Below, piece by piece: positions 43,246 to 54,400 of a stretch of 64,000 nucleotides of DNA. A program made the translations under genes and the position numbers. Position 1 is the stretch's first letter, and each line of letters opens with the position of its first letter. The notes beneath the pieces are model-generated. The model was not told where the DNA came from, ran no database searches, and saw nothing but the letters and a program-made list of their open reading frames with translations. This DNA is from a virus: IMG/VR virus record IMGVR_UViG_3300047558_000077, positions 96,001 through 160,000 of that record; one strand, written 5' to 3'.

Positions 43246-44418
43246 ATGTCTAATACTGATGGCTCACAGGGATCCGGTTCAGTTTCTTTTCTTGAAGAAC
43301 CTAAGAAGGAAACGCCTAAGAAGTGGAAACAGCCACATAAATCTGATGCACGTAAAGCTAAATCATCTGGTAAGTATCCTGACTATTTCTCATGGAAGAC
43401 TAGATCGGGACATGTATTACAACTAGACGACAGCAAAGGCGGTGAGACAGTCACACTACAGCATCGTGGCGGTACAGCTATACAAATGGCACCCGATGGC
43501 TCTATGCATGTCACCGCACATAACGGTAAATATGAAATTACATTTGGTGAAGATCGTGTGACCATATCCGGCGCACAGGATATCACAGTCAAAGGTGATG
43601 CATCGTTTCGTGTCTATGGCGACTATAATGTGACCTGCCAAAAAGATTATAATCTTACCGTGCTAGGTAATTTCAATCTAATGGCAAAGAACCACAATCG
43701 CCATATTCTCGGTAATATCGATACACAGGCCAGAAACGAGAATAAAAAACTTATGGGTTCGTCGGCCAAGATTGCTCGTGGTGCCATTGCTTATGTGTCG
43801 AAAGGTTCTGCAACGATTGCGTCTCAGTCTGATCAAATATTCCTAGGCGGTGCAGCGGGTGCTAATCTCTGGGCTAAAAAGGGTAATATCACTCAGAACA
43901 TCGAGGAACAAGGCAACTTTCATAGTGAAGCAAAAGATGGCGAGTATCATGTCAAAGCAAAGAAAGCCGTCAATGTCGAGTCGACCGATGAAAATATGAA
44001 ATTTAAATCTAAGAAAGATATGGGTCTAGAGTCCGCTGATAACAGCATTCAAGTCAAGGCACAGCAAGATATTGGTCTAAGTTCAACATCCGGTGATATT
44101 CAAGCATCCGCAACAGGTGGTAATGTTGAAATGACCGCACAGTCTAAAATGGATCTTAGAGCCACTGGAGATGCCTCTCTATCTGGCTCAACTACTCACG
44201 TTAGCGGCACAACAGTTCATGTCAAAGGATCGGCCACTACTAACATTGATGGTCCATCGGCACTTAATTTGAATAGCGGCACAAGTCAGCTAATGTCTGC
44301 TCTAGGATTACAGTTAAACTTTGATTTTGGACAAGCACAAGGTGAGACAGGAACATCAAGAGGTAGTCATGCACCTGATAGACCAGCAGGAAGAAACGAG
44401 GCTGACGAATGGGCATAA
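43246..44418 (+). CDS. gp5: gp5-like central spike beta-helix
   Basis: TRSGHV.QLDD..G.E...HR.GT; 8-residue V.G repeats; ends ..LNLN. Confidence 0.7.
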   Translation: MSNTDGSQGSGSVSFLEEPKKETPKKWKQPHKSDARKAKSSGKYPDYFSWKTRSGHVLQLDDSKGGETVTLQHRGGTAIQMAPDGSMHVTAHNGKYEITFGEDRVTISGAQDITVKGDASFRVYGDYNVTCQKDYNLTVLGNFNLMAKNHNRHILGNIDTQARNENKKLMGSSAKIARGAIAYVSKGSATIASQSDQIFLGGAAGANLWAKKGNITQNIEEQGNFHSEAKDGEYHVKAKKAVNVESTDENMKFKSKKDMGLESADNSIQVKAQQDIGLSSTSGDIQASATGGNVEMTAQSKMDLRATGDASLSGSTTHVSGTTVHVKGSATTNIDGPSALNLNSGTSQLMSALGLQLNFDFGQAQGETGTSRGSHAPDRPAGRNEADEWA

Positions 44419-44443
44419 ATAATATGGACACCAGGGAACTAAA

Positions 44444-44848
44444 ATGGCACAGGTAAATATCAGCCGTCAACCAGATTATTCTGATCTTGATCTAGACTTT
44501 CAGATCAATCCGATCACCGGAGATATCAATAAAAAGAAAGGTGCGGATGCGGTCAAAAGATCCATTCGCAATCTTATCTTTACTAGTTATTATGAGAGAC
44601 CTTTTAACTCCTCTATTGGATCAGATATTCCTAAATTGCTATTTGACAATGTTGATATCGTCACGGCATCATTGATCGAAGACGCTTTACGGAATCTAAT
44701 AAATACATATGAGCCTAGAGTTCAGGTCAATAATCTGACTGTATATGCCGATGAGGACAATCACGGTTTTAGTGTTATACTGGAATATGTCATTTTAAAT
44801 ACAGAAACACCGGCTACCTTTAATCTATTCCTGGAGAGGATTCGTTAA
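44444..44848 (+). CDS. gp25: Baseplate wedge subunit
   Basis: YSDLDL.F..NP; AVKRSIRNL..T..YERPF; YEPRV; CATAAATA late box at 44414. Confidence 0.9.
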   Translation: MAQVNISRQPDYSDLDLDFQINPITGDINKKKGADAVKRSIRNLIFTSYYERPFNSSIGSDIPKLLFDNVDIVTASLIEDALRNLINTYEPRVQVNNLTVYADEDNHGFSVILEYVILNTETPATFNLFLERIR

Positions 44849-44852
44849 TCTA

Positions 44853-46922
44853 ATGTCTAGAGCAAATACAACCCTAAGAGTAGCGGAACTAGATTTTAAT
44901 ACTATTCGCAATAATCTCAAGACATATCTAAACAGCCAGTCAGAGTTCTCAGACTATAACTTCGAGGGTTCTGGTCTTTCTGTGCTTTTAGACATTCTAG
45001 CCTATAATACATACTATAATGGCTTCTATCTCAATATGGTCGCCAACGAAGCATTTTTGGATACTGCACAACTTCGTCAGAGTATTCTATCACAAGCCAA
45101 ACTAATTAACTATTTTCCATCATCATCTCATGGCTCAGAAGCTATGATCAATATTAGAGTGACGCCTACTAGTTCTGAAAATCAGACAATTGATTATGTT
45201 GTCCTAGACAAATACACACAACTACTAGGTGCTGATATCGAAGGCACATCATATCCTTTTATCACGATTAATTCAAATACAGCTTATAAGTCTAATGGGT
45301 CATTTTACTTTCCTAATGTTCGTATCAAGCAAGGAGAAGTAATTACGCAGCAGTTTTCTATGACTTCTAATAATAAAACTGCCAGATTTGAAATTCCATC
45401 AGCCAATATCGACATTAGCACACTGACTGTCACCGTTCAGGAGTCTCCTTCTAACACATACACCGAAGAGTATTTGCATTCCGCTGATATCACAGAGATA
45501 ACAGCTAATAGCCGCATTTACTTTATGGAAGAAAATGAAAACCTAAACTATACTCTACAGTTTGGCGATGGTATTCTAGGATATCGTCCAAAGATCGGCA
45601 ACATTGTTATAACAACATATGTTGATACTCAAGGCTCAGAAGCCAATGACGTTTCTAAATTCAATGTAGTCGATCCTATTGGCGTGTATAGAGGTAATGT
45701 AAGAGTTACCACCGTATCCAGTTCAAGATCAGGATCAGATAAAGAGTCGATAGAAACGATTAGACTCAGAGCACCACAATATTACACAGCGCAAAATCGC
45801 TGCGTCACAACTCGTGACTATGAAGCTATTCTAATGAAGGACTATCCAAACATCGATGCCGTCTCTATTTGGGGTGGTGAGGATAATGATCCACCAGTTT
45901 ACGGAAAAGTTTATATCTCTATCAAGACGAAAGGCTTCTATACACTCACAAATCTTGAAAAAGAGAATATCAAGACCAATCTGATTAAAGACAAGAATGT
46001 TGTCACGGTAACTCCTGTTATTGTCGATCCCGATTATATCTTTGTTACAGTTCGTGGTAAGATTTATTACAATCCATCTCTTACAACAAAGACAGCTAAC
46101 GAAATCATGGATCTTGTCAAGCAGGCTGCATACAACTATGCCGATGTTGAGTTGAATACATATCGTTCAACATTTAAAAAGTCACGCCTACAAGGTTATA
46201 TCGAGAGGGCTGACCCATCTATTACTGGTGCCGATATCGATATCTTTTTGCAGTCTCGTAAGCTAATCGATAGAACACAGAGTAGAAAATATACTTTCGA
46301 CTTTAAGACTCCAATCGAAAGAGGCACATTTACAAATAAGCTATACTCTTTCCCACAGATTACTGTTACGGATAGCAGTCTTATTAATCGTAACGTCTTC
46401 TATGAAGAGGTACCAAACTCATTCACAGGTGTTGATGAAATTGAAATCACCAACCCTGGTCGTGATTATACCTACGCTAATGTCGCTATTACTGGTGATG
46501 GTACTGGTGCCACTGCCGATGTGACCGTGGTCAATGGTAGAATTATCTCAGCCAGAATGACGAATAAGGGTATTAATTATTCTCGTGCTATTGCCACGAT
46601 CTATGGTGACGGTGTTGATGCTCTCGCTACGGTCACACTACAGGCCAGAGTCGGCACACTTAGAACTTATTACTATGACAATCTCGGTAATAAGATCATC
46701 GTTGACGAAGAGGCAGGAACAATTGACTATAACACCGGTGAGATTGTTCTGGATAGTATCAGGCCAAGTGCGGTGGTCGCCAATGATTACTATGATACAG
46801 ATATTCTAACTATCAATGTCGTAGCTGGTGAAGAAATTATTCCGCCATTGAGAAATCGTATTCTAACCATGGACGATAACAATATCCAGACGGTACAGCT
46901 AGAAATGGTAGCGGAAAAGTAA
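44853..46922 (+). CDS. gp6: Baseplate wedge subunit
   Basis: ELDF..I..NLK.YL; DYNFEGSGLS.LLD.LAYNT.Y; FGDG..G; QNR.VT..DY; WGGED. Confidence 0.92.
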   Translation: MSRANTTLRVAELDFNTIRNNLKTYLNSQSEFSDYNFEGSGLSVLLDILAYNTYYNGFYLNMVANEAFLDTAQLRQSILSQAKLINYFPSSSHGSEAMINIRVTPTSSENQTIDYVVLDKYTQLLGADIEGTSYPFITINSNTAYKSNGSFYFPNVRIKQGEVITQQFSMTSNNKTARFEIPSANIDISTLTVTVQESPSNTYTEEYLHSADITEITANSRIYFMEENENLNYTLQFGDGILGYRPKIGNIVITTYVDTQGSEANDVSKFNVVDPIGVYRGNVRVTTVSSSRSGSDKESIETIRLRAPQYYTAQNRCVTTRDYEAILMKDYPNIDAVSIWGGEDNDPPVYGKVYISIKTKGFYTLTNLEKENIKTNLIKDKNVVTVTPVIVDPDYIFVTVRGKIYYNPSLTTKTANEIMDLVKQAAYNYADVELNTYRSTFKKSRLQGYIERADPSITGADIDIFLQSRKLIDRTQSRKYTFDFKTPIERGTFTNKLYSFPQITVTDSSLINRNVFYEEVPNSFTGVDEIEITNPGRDYTYANVAITGDGTGATADVTVVNGRIISARMTNKGINYSRAIATIYGDGVDALATVTLQARVGTLRTYYYDNLGNKIIVDEEAGTIDYNTGEIVLDSIRPSAVVANDYYDTDILTINVVAGEEIIPPLRNRILTMDDNNIQTVQLEMVAEK

Positions 46923-46925
46923 TTA

Positions 46926-49900
46926 ATGTCCCGATCAAATAACAAAACCTCAATACTTGTCGCTAGTCAGCTTCCTGCATTTGTCAGGGAAGAACATGAA
47001 CAATTTGTCAAGTTTCTGGAGTATTACTACAAGCAACAGGAAAGAGAAGGCCAGGCTCTTTATCTTTCCAAGAATATGCTACGTAATCTGGATATTGACA
47101 GACTATACCAGCACGTATTAGATGCTCATACAGATTTACAGGGTCTAAGAACGGATTATGAATATCATGCATTTCTTCAAGAGATGTATAATACATTCAT
47201 TAAATATATTCCTGATACTGTTCTAGCCGATAGAACACTTATTCTAAAACATGCCAAAGAGTTTTACCAGGCCGCTGGTTCAGAGAAGTCGGTTCGCTTT
47301 CTTATTCAGGCTCTATTCAATAAAGAAGCTAGTTTCTATTATCCAAAGACAGACATTCTAAGAGCGTCGGATGGTAAGTGGTTCATTGAGAAATCTCTAA
47401 AGATCAATAGTATTCACGTTAATAATGTTTCAAATACCATAGCAGCATCTCGATTCGCTAATACAACAATTAAAGGCCTAAGATCAAACGCCACAGCTAT
47501 TGTAGAAAAGGTTGATACTTACTTCGATAAAGGTCAGCTAATTAACGAACTGAAACTCTCTAATATCTATAAAGAGTTTTTGAATGATGAAACAATCTTT
47601 GCCTACTACACCGAAGAAGGTGTAAATAATTATATCACGGCAAATCTGTTTTCTGGTATTATTACCGCCGCTCAAATCATTTCTGGTGGTTCGGGTTATA
47701 CCGAAGGCGCAACTGTTCCTATTACAAGTAATACGGGTGTAGGTGGTCAGGTTATTATTTCCAGAGTATCAAAAGGAACAATTCAGGCTGCCGGTGTTGT
47801 TAGCGGTGGTGCTGGCTTTAGAGTCGATGATGCTCTACTAATCTTCGGTTCTGGTACAGGTGCCACAGGTATCGTAACAGACGTGGATGACAGCGGTTTC
47901 TATCATCCCAATAGCTATAACGTTATATGGTCAACTATCAATCTTGAAGCCAATACAACTATCGGCAATACTCTATACTCAAATCTTAATTCATCAAACG
48001 TTAATACGACAATTGCCGACGCTATGTCTTATTTTGTGTTCGCCAACTGCGGTCCAGCGTTTGCTCTATCTATCACTAACGGTGGTCAGAACTATGTTCC
48101 ACCTATCACGATTGGTATCTCTGCCAACTCAATCATTTCAAGAATGGGTATTATTGGTAAGATGCAAATCGTCTCTGGCGGTCTAAATTATACCGCTGGT
48201 GATACTATTGAGTTTATCAATCCACCAGGCAGCACAGGCTTTGGTGCAAGAGCTAATGTTACAAACGTAGCCGCTAACGGTATGATTACCGAAGTTAAGT
48301 TTGAACAAGTTCCTGGACAAATTATTGGTGGTTCTGGATATGACTGGTTCAATCTGCCCACAGCAAATGTTATCACTAGCACAGGTTCTGGAGCAAATAT
48401 TGCTGTTACAGCTATCATTGGCCATAACGAAGAAGTTATTCAGTCTGTCTCTAACGTCGGTACAATTCAGGCACTAACCGTTATTTCTGGTGGTTCTGGC
48501 TATACAGATAATCCAACACTTAGACTTGATACGCTAGGCGATGGCACTGCCAATGCAACACTATCAACGGTGTCTGGTGCGTTCTCATATCCTGGTCGTT
48601 ATATCACAGACGACGGTCACTTGTCTGGTTATAACTTCCTTGAAGATAGAGATTATTATCAAGAGTTCTCATATGTTGTTAAGGTTGACGAGTCGATCAA
48701 CAAATATAGATCAGCAATCAAGGATCTAACACATCCCGCAGGCACGAGACTGTTTGGTGAATATAACTTCATATTCGATGATGAAACACAAACTAATACA
48801 AACGTCGAAATCACGTATGCAAATACCGAGTCAATAACTCTTCCATACAAGACAATGTATCAGGTTCAGGAATACACATCTGGTGTGTTTACTCCTAACG
48901 TTCTGGTCGGTGTAGCAAATGCCGAATTTGTTGTCGGTAGCTATTCTGTCAATACATCTAATCATCTATCAAGATATGCGGCACAGAATAACAATATCAC
49001 TATCGCATATAACTTCCACGGCTTCTTTGTCAATGATTACGTATTCCTACACTTCCAGACAAATGCGTGGTCAAATCTAGGTAATACGAACTACGTTGTC
49101 ACCGATGCTAACGTAACTCACTTTACTGTCTATAACCCACTAACAGAGACCGTAACAGGTAACGTGGGTAATGTTCGTGTCTATAATCCTGATATTATGG
49201 TCAATATGCCATATAGTCGTCCTTCTCTAAATGAGAACGTCTATATCCAGTTCCAGTCTGTTGATCCATCTCTAGCTAACGCTTTCTATCAAGTTATTAG
49301 CGTCAAAGATGCCAATACGTTTAACGTTCTGCATCCTGACATGACGACCGCTAATGCTCCTACTGGTGTAGCAAATACGATTACAAAGAAAGTTATCGTG
49401 ACTGCCGAAGAGCATGGTTTCAGTGTTGGTGATCATACTTACCTACTATTAATCGGAGGTGACTCTGCCAATACAGACAATGGCTACTATACTGTAACTG
49501 GAGTCAATGGAGCTAATTCATTCAATGTAACCGCAGCTAATACACTATTTGATGGTTCTGTTGCTGTTGTTCACCAGAAGAAGTCACACATTATTGTTCC
49601 TTCTCACCCATACGCAAACGGAAATCTTGTTTATATCTCATTTACCAGTGGTGATCAGGCTAACGTAACAAATGGTGTATACCAGCCTGTCAATATTGGT
49701 TCAGATGTATTCCGTATAAACGTAGCCAAGCCAGCTACAGGCAATAGTAATGTTAGAGTTTGGTATCAGTCAAACAACTACTCCAACATCAAGTTTACCA
49801 CATTGATGACAAATAATGGCCTATCGGCTAATGATAATGTTTATATCGAGTTCTATTCATCGGCGACCGATCTTGCCAATGGCATCTATATGATCAAGTC

Positions 49901-50096
49901 CGACTATAACGGAAATACGTATAACATCATGTATGATGGTAATACATATATTCAGAATGCGTTTAGCACATATCAGTCACTAGTCTATATTCCAGGTAAC
50001 ACGAATAACACGATCAATATTGTTGCACATTCAGGTCTTGGTGTTGTTTCTAGTTCGCTCATGGAAGGTATGGCTTTGGTTTCGCCTTATAAATAA
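46926..50096 (+). CDS. gp7: Baseplate wedge initiator (gp7-like)
   Basis: SQLP.FVRE; FL.YYY; EFY...G.E.S; LRASDGKW; YYQEFSYV; HPAG. Confidence 0.75.
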   Translation: MSRSNNKTSILVASQLPAFVREEHEQFVKFLEYYYKQQEREGQALYLSKNMLRNLDIDRLYQHVLDAHTDLQGLRTDYEYHAFLQEMYNTFIKYIPDTVLADRTLILKHAKEFYQAAGSEKSVRFLIQALFNKEASFYYPKTDILRASDGKWFIEKSLKINSIHVNNVSNTIAASRFANTTIKGLRSNATAIVEKVDTYFDKGQLINELKLSNIYKEFLNDETIFAYYTEEGVNNYITANLFSGIITAAQIISGGSGYTEGATVPITSNTGVGGQVIISRVSKGTIQAAGVVSGGAGFRVDDALLIFGSGTGATGIVTDVDDSGFYHPNSYNVIWSTINLEANTTIGNTLYSNLNSSNVNTTIADAMSYFVFANCGPAFALSITNGGQNYVPPITIGISANSIISRMGIIGKMQIVSGGLNYTAGDTIEFINPPGSTGFGARANVTNVAANGMITEVKFEQVPGQIIGGSGYDWFNLPTANVITSTGSGANIAVTAIIGHNEEVIQSVSNVGTIQALTVISGGSGYTDNPTLRLDTLGDGTANATLSTVSGAFSYPGRYITDDGHLSGYNFLEDRDYYQEFSYVVKVDESINKYRSAIKDLTHPAGTRLFGEYNFIFDDETQTNTNVEITYANTESITLPYKTMYQVQEYTSGVFTPNVLVGVANAEFVVGSYSVNTSNHLSRYAAQNNNITIAYNFHGFFVNDYVFLHFQTNAWSNLGNTNYVVTDANVTHFTVYNPLTETVTGNVGNVRVYNPDIMVNMPYSRPSLNENVYIQFQSVDPSLANAFYQVISVKDANTFNVLHPDMTTANAPTGVANTITKKVIVTAEEHGFSVGDHTYLLLIGGDSANTDNGYYTVTGVNGANSFNVTAANTLFDGSVAVVHQKKSHIIVPSHPYANGNLVYISFTSGDQANVTNGVYQPVNIGSDVFRINVAKPATGNSNVRVWYQSNNYSNIKFTTLMTNNGLSANDNVYIEFYSSATDLANGIYMIKSDYNGNTYNIMYDGNTYIQNAFSTYQSLVYIPGNTNNTINIVAHSGLGVVSSSLMEGMALVSPYK
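50088..50095 (+). promoter_or_regulatory. T4-type late promoter
   Basis: TATAAATA upstream of gp8; same 8-mer at 2408, 58309 and 61916. Confidence 0.65.
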
Positions 50097-50121
50097 GTAG
50101 ATAATAAGAGAGGTATATTCC

Positions 50122-51447
50122 TTGGCATCGTCACGCTCTAAAAATCTTGATATCTTTGTCGCAAAGCAGGTCAAAGAATCCGTATCTGAACCACAATCAT
50201 CAAATGTGTATCTAACTTTTGGTAAGAGTTCGTCATGGGCCAATGACGCTGCACCACCTCAGGCAAATACATCTACCGTCGAATACAATGATATTTGGAA
50301 GAATATGATTGGTGGTAAGAGAATATCAGGTAACAATATCAGACATGCCATTCCTAGAGTGGACTGGACATCTGGTGTTGTATATGAAGCCTATAGTGAT
50401 ACGAACGACTCCCTTGAACAATTAAACATCAATAATCAATTCTATGTTCTAACATCGGAGCATAACGTATATAAGTGTCTGTCGAATAATGGCGGTGTAC
50501 CATCTACAGTTATGCCTAACATTCTAGTTACAACTACACACTTCCAGACTAGCGATGGTTACATTTGGAAATATATGTATAGTCTAAATGCCGAAGAGAA
50601 GTTGCGCTTTCTCACATCATCATTCATGCCTGTCAAGACTATCTCCGAGAGTGATAACAGTCAGCAATGGCTAGTTCAAGAAAATTCTATCGACGGTGCT
50701 ATCCATGTCATCGATGTTCTTAACGGCGGTTCTAATTATTCTGCAAATGATGTGGTTGTTTCTATCGTTGGTGATGGTTTTTATGCGAATGCTTTTGCTG
50801 TATTAAACACATCATCAAATACCGTTCAGTCAATTGTTGTCGATAATCTAGGGTATGGTTACACACACGCAAACGTATCAATTATTTCTTCATTTGGTGG
50901 TGGAGCAACAGCTAGGGCTATCATTAGTCCTCCAGGCGGTCACGGATCAGATCCAATAACAGAACTTGGTGGTTCATATCTACTAGTCAATGTTCAAATT
51001 AGAGACACTGAAAACGGAGTTCTTTCAACTCACAACGACTATAGACAGATTGCTCTTATAGAAGATCCTCGCCTATATGGTACAACTACGGTGTCATCTT
51101 TACCCGCAGTTTCACAGCTAACAGTTCTCAATCTAAACGGCACGTCAGTTGAATACAACGAAGATGAATGGGTGTATCAGGGTTCATCATTTGCAACGTC
51201 ATTCTTTAAAGGCTACGTAGTTGAATGGGATACAGGTAACAACATCATTAAACTAGCACAGACAGAAGGTGTTCCATCAAAGGATCTATTGATCGGTGCT
51301 AATACCACCGCTGCTCGCTTCGTTAGTTCTATCACTAATCCAACTCTACAGCCTCGTAGCGGAAATCTACTATATACAGATAACATGACTGCAATTCAAA
51401 GGGCTGATGACCAAGCCGAAGATTACAAAATTGTCCTGAATTTTTAA
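50122..51447 (+). CDS. gp8: Baseplate wedge subunit
   Basis: IPR.DW..G; VYKCL.N; DGYIWKYMY; P.GGHG.D...ELG; YRQ..L..DP. Confidence 0.85.
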   Translation: MASSRSKNLDIFVAKQVKESVSEPQSSNVYLTFGKSSSWANDAAPPQANTSTVEYNDIWKNMIGGKRISGNNIRHAIPRVDWTSGVVYEAYSDTNDSLEQLNINNQFYVLTSEHNVYKCLSNNGGVPSTVMPNILVTTTHFQTSDGYIWKYMYSLNAEEKLRFLTSSFMPVKTISESDNSQQWLVQENSIDGAIHVIDVLNGGSNYSANDVVVSIVGDGFYANAFAVLNTSSNTVQSIVVDNLGYGYTHANVSIISSFGGGATARAIISPPGGHGSDPITELGGSYLLVNVQIRDTENGVLSTHNDYRQIALIEDPRLYGTTTVSSLPAVSQLTVLNLNGTSVEYNEDEWVYQGSSFATSFFKGYVVEWDTGNNIIKLAQTEGVPSKDLLIGANTTAARFVSSITNPTLQPRSGNLLYTDNMTAIQRADDQAEDYKIVLNF

Positions 51448-51462
51448 AAGGAAAGAATAAAA

Positions 51463-54400
51463 ATGGCTTATAACAAAGCAAATAATACATTGACTACAGA
51501 CTTCAATGTGACTCCTTATTATGACGATTACACCATTGACAGTAATTACTATAGAATCCTATTCAAGCCAGGCTTTGCAGTTCAGGCCCGTGAACTTACA
51601 CAGATTCAGTCATCATTGCAGGAACAGATCAATCGCTTTGGTAAGCACGTATTCAAAGAAGGTTCTATCGTCATTCCTGGTGGCTTCACACTAGAAACAC
51701 ATGGCGGAGCTAATACAGGTTCAGGTATTCGTTATGTTAAGGTAAAAGATTTCGACGCATCTAACAATAGTGTTACGATTTCCGATTTCACTGGCTATGA
51801 CGTTATCGGTGCTACATCAAACATTACCGCAGCGGTTGTTGATGTTCTACCTGGTACTCAGTCAAGTTCAAACACAAAAACTCTCTATGTTAAGTATAAA
51901 ACCACGTCAAGTTCAAACAATCGTCAGAAAGTATTCCTTGCTGGTGAAACACTAACTGCAAATGTCGGTGGTGAAAACAAGACACTAGTTGTTCTTAATA
52001 CTGACCCAGTTGCTAACGTTGGCTTTGGTTCACGCTTTAAGATCGAAGAAGGTGTTGTGTTCGCCAAGAATCACTTCATTTCTTTCCCAACACAGACGAT
52101 CATTCTTGATAGATATAATCCAAACCCATCTTGTAAAGTTGGTTTCTTTATTTCAGAAGATATCACCAATGCTTCACAGGACACATCTCTACTAGATCCA
52201 GCACTAGAAGCATCTAACTATGCTGCTCCGGGTGCAGATCGTCTAAAGCTAACACCTACTCTAACAATTAGACCATATGATGATCCAGTTGGCCCTCCAG
52301 ACTTCGTTGAACTATTCAGCGTAGAAGGTGGTGTTGTTAAGTCATACTTTGAACGTTCGCAGTATAACATCATTCAGGACGAAATGGCCAAGCGTCTATT
52401 TGACCAGTCTGGTGACTATGTTGTTCGTGGTCTTGATGTTCAAATTCGTGAGCATGATGATACAGGATCAAACTTCGGTCGTTATGCTAACGGTAATAAT
52501 AGCCTACTATTCGTCGGTGTATCATCTGGACTAGCATATGTTCAAGGTTATGAAATCAATAATCTTGATACCGCAGAACTACAGATCGAAAAAGGTTTAG
52601 CAACATCCGAGTTTAGAGAACAGATTTCATCCGCTACACTTGGTTCATACGTTACTGCCAATAACGTTGTCGGCTCATGGGCACTTGACAAAGCTATCCC
52701 TGTCAACCTCTATGATACTGTCCAGCGTCGTGTTGCTAACAATCTATGGTCAGGCGGCTCGGCTCCTACAGGTAGAGTTATCGGTACAGCCAACGTAGCA
52801 TCATTTGAATATGCTACAGGCACACCAAGTTACGATGGACAATACAATCTATACTTGATGGACGTAAGAATGTTGGGAAGTAACAGCTTCGCCAACGTAA
52901 GAAGTGTTTATTACGATAGTGCTGTGTCTGACGGATATGCAGACGTTGTATTAAGTTCAGCCGGTAATGCTACACTCACCGACGTGAACAACTCACAGTT
53001 GCTATATTATGTCGGCGATGATTACGTTAAGAGCGTAAGAGATATTGACGATTCTGGTGTAAATGCCACAACGTTCTATTTCAATAAGACAGCATCTATT
53101 TCACCAATTGCTGCTAATGGCACATTTACAATTGGTGATGGTAGCACAACCGAAACTCTACCATATGGCACAGCAACACTATCCGCAGCACAGAAGTCAG
53201 AACTTGTTCTAACTCTCGATTCATCTGCTAACATTGCAATGACTGGTACAGTTAGCGGATCAGGATCATCTCTAACTGGTGTCGGCACATTCTTCACAAG
53301 ATTGAATGTTGGCGACAAGCTAGAGTTTGCTGGTAACACAAGATCATATTACATTTCATCTATCACCAACGACAATGCTCTTACTGTTGTAGGAACACTA
53401 CCAAGTCTTTCTGGCGCAGCATTCTTCAAGGCATACAAGACTGGTGATATTGTTGATCTAACAGGTAAAGGATCAGCCGCTGGTGCTACCAGAACTGTAA
53501 CAGCAACCTCTGGCCCATCAGGATCACTAACATTTGATCTAAAAGAAACATTCCCAACTACACTAAATGCCACACTAACTTATAAGATGGCTAGAACAAC
53601 AGCCAAAGAAATCGAAAAGGTTAAGAGAGCCGGTAGATATGTAAGAATTAACTGTTCTACAGCCGGCACATCTGGACCATTCGATCTAGGTTTCTCTGAC
53701 GTTTATAAAGTTAAGAGCATTAGACTTGGTTCAGGTTCATATCCTGCATCTAATACGGCAGGCACAGACGTTACAACTCTATTCAAGATTGATAATGGTC
53801 AGCGTGATGGTTACTATGATCACGGAACAATTACACCTGCCGGTATCGGTCTATCTGCATCTGATAGACTACTAGTAGAGCTAGATTACTTTGAACCAAA
53901 CTTCACATCTCGTGCAGGTTACTTCTCTATTGATTCTTATCCAATCGAAGATGATGACACACTATACAATGATTCGTTGGATATTAGAACAGAGAATGTT
54001 CCTATCTACAAATCACCTGTAAATGGTAAAGAGCTTAATCTAAGAAATTATCTAGACTTTAGACCAGTCAAGACTAACACAGCGACAGATACTACTACAC
54101 CAGCTTCTGGTACAGAGAATCCTGCTAAGTCATATTCCTATCAGAATAGCACGAATGGTCTAAGAATACCAGTTCCATCAAGTCAGATCACCTATGATTA
54201 TACAACATACATGGGTCGTCGTGATCTACTTGTAGTTGACAAGGATAAACGATTCCAGGTTATTCCTGGTATTCCAAGCAACTTCCCTATCACACCAGAA
54301 GCAACACCTGGTACGATGGCAATTGCTGTTCTTAATATTACACCATATCCATCGCTGTCACCGGCTTATGCTTCGTCTATCAATAGACCGGATCTATCAA

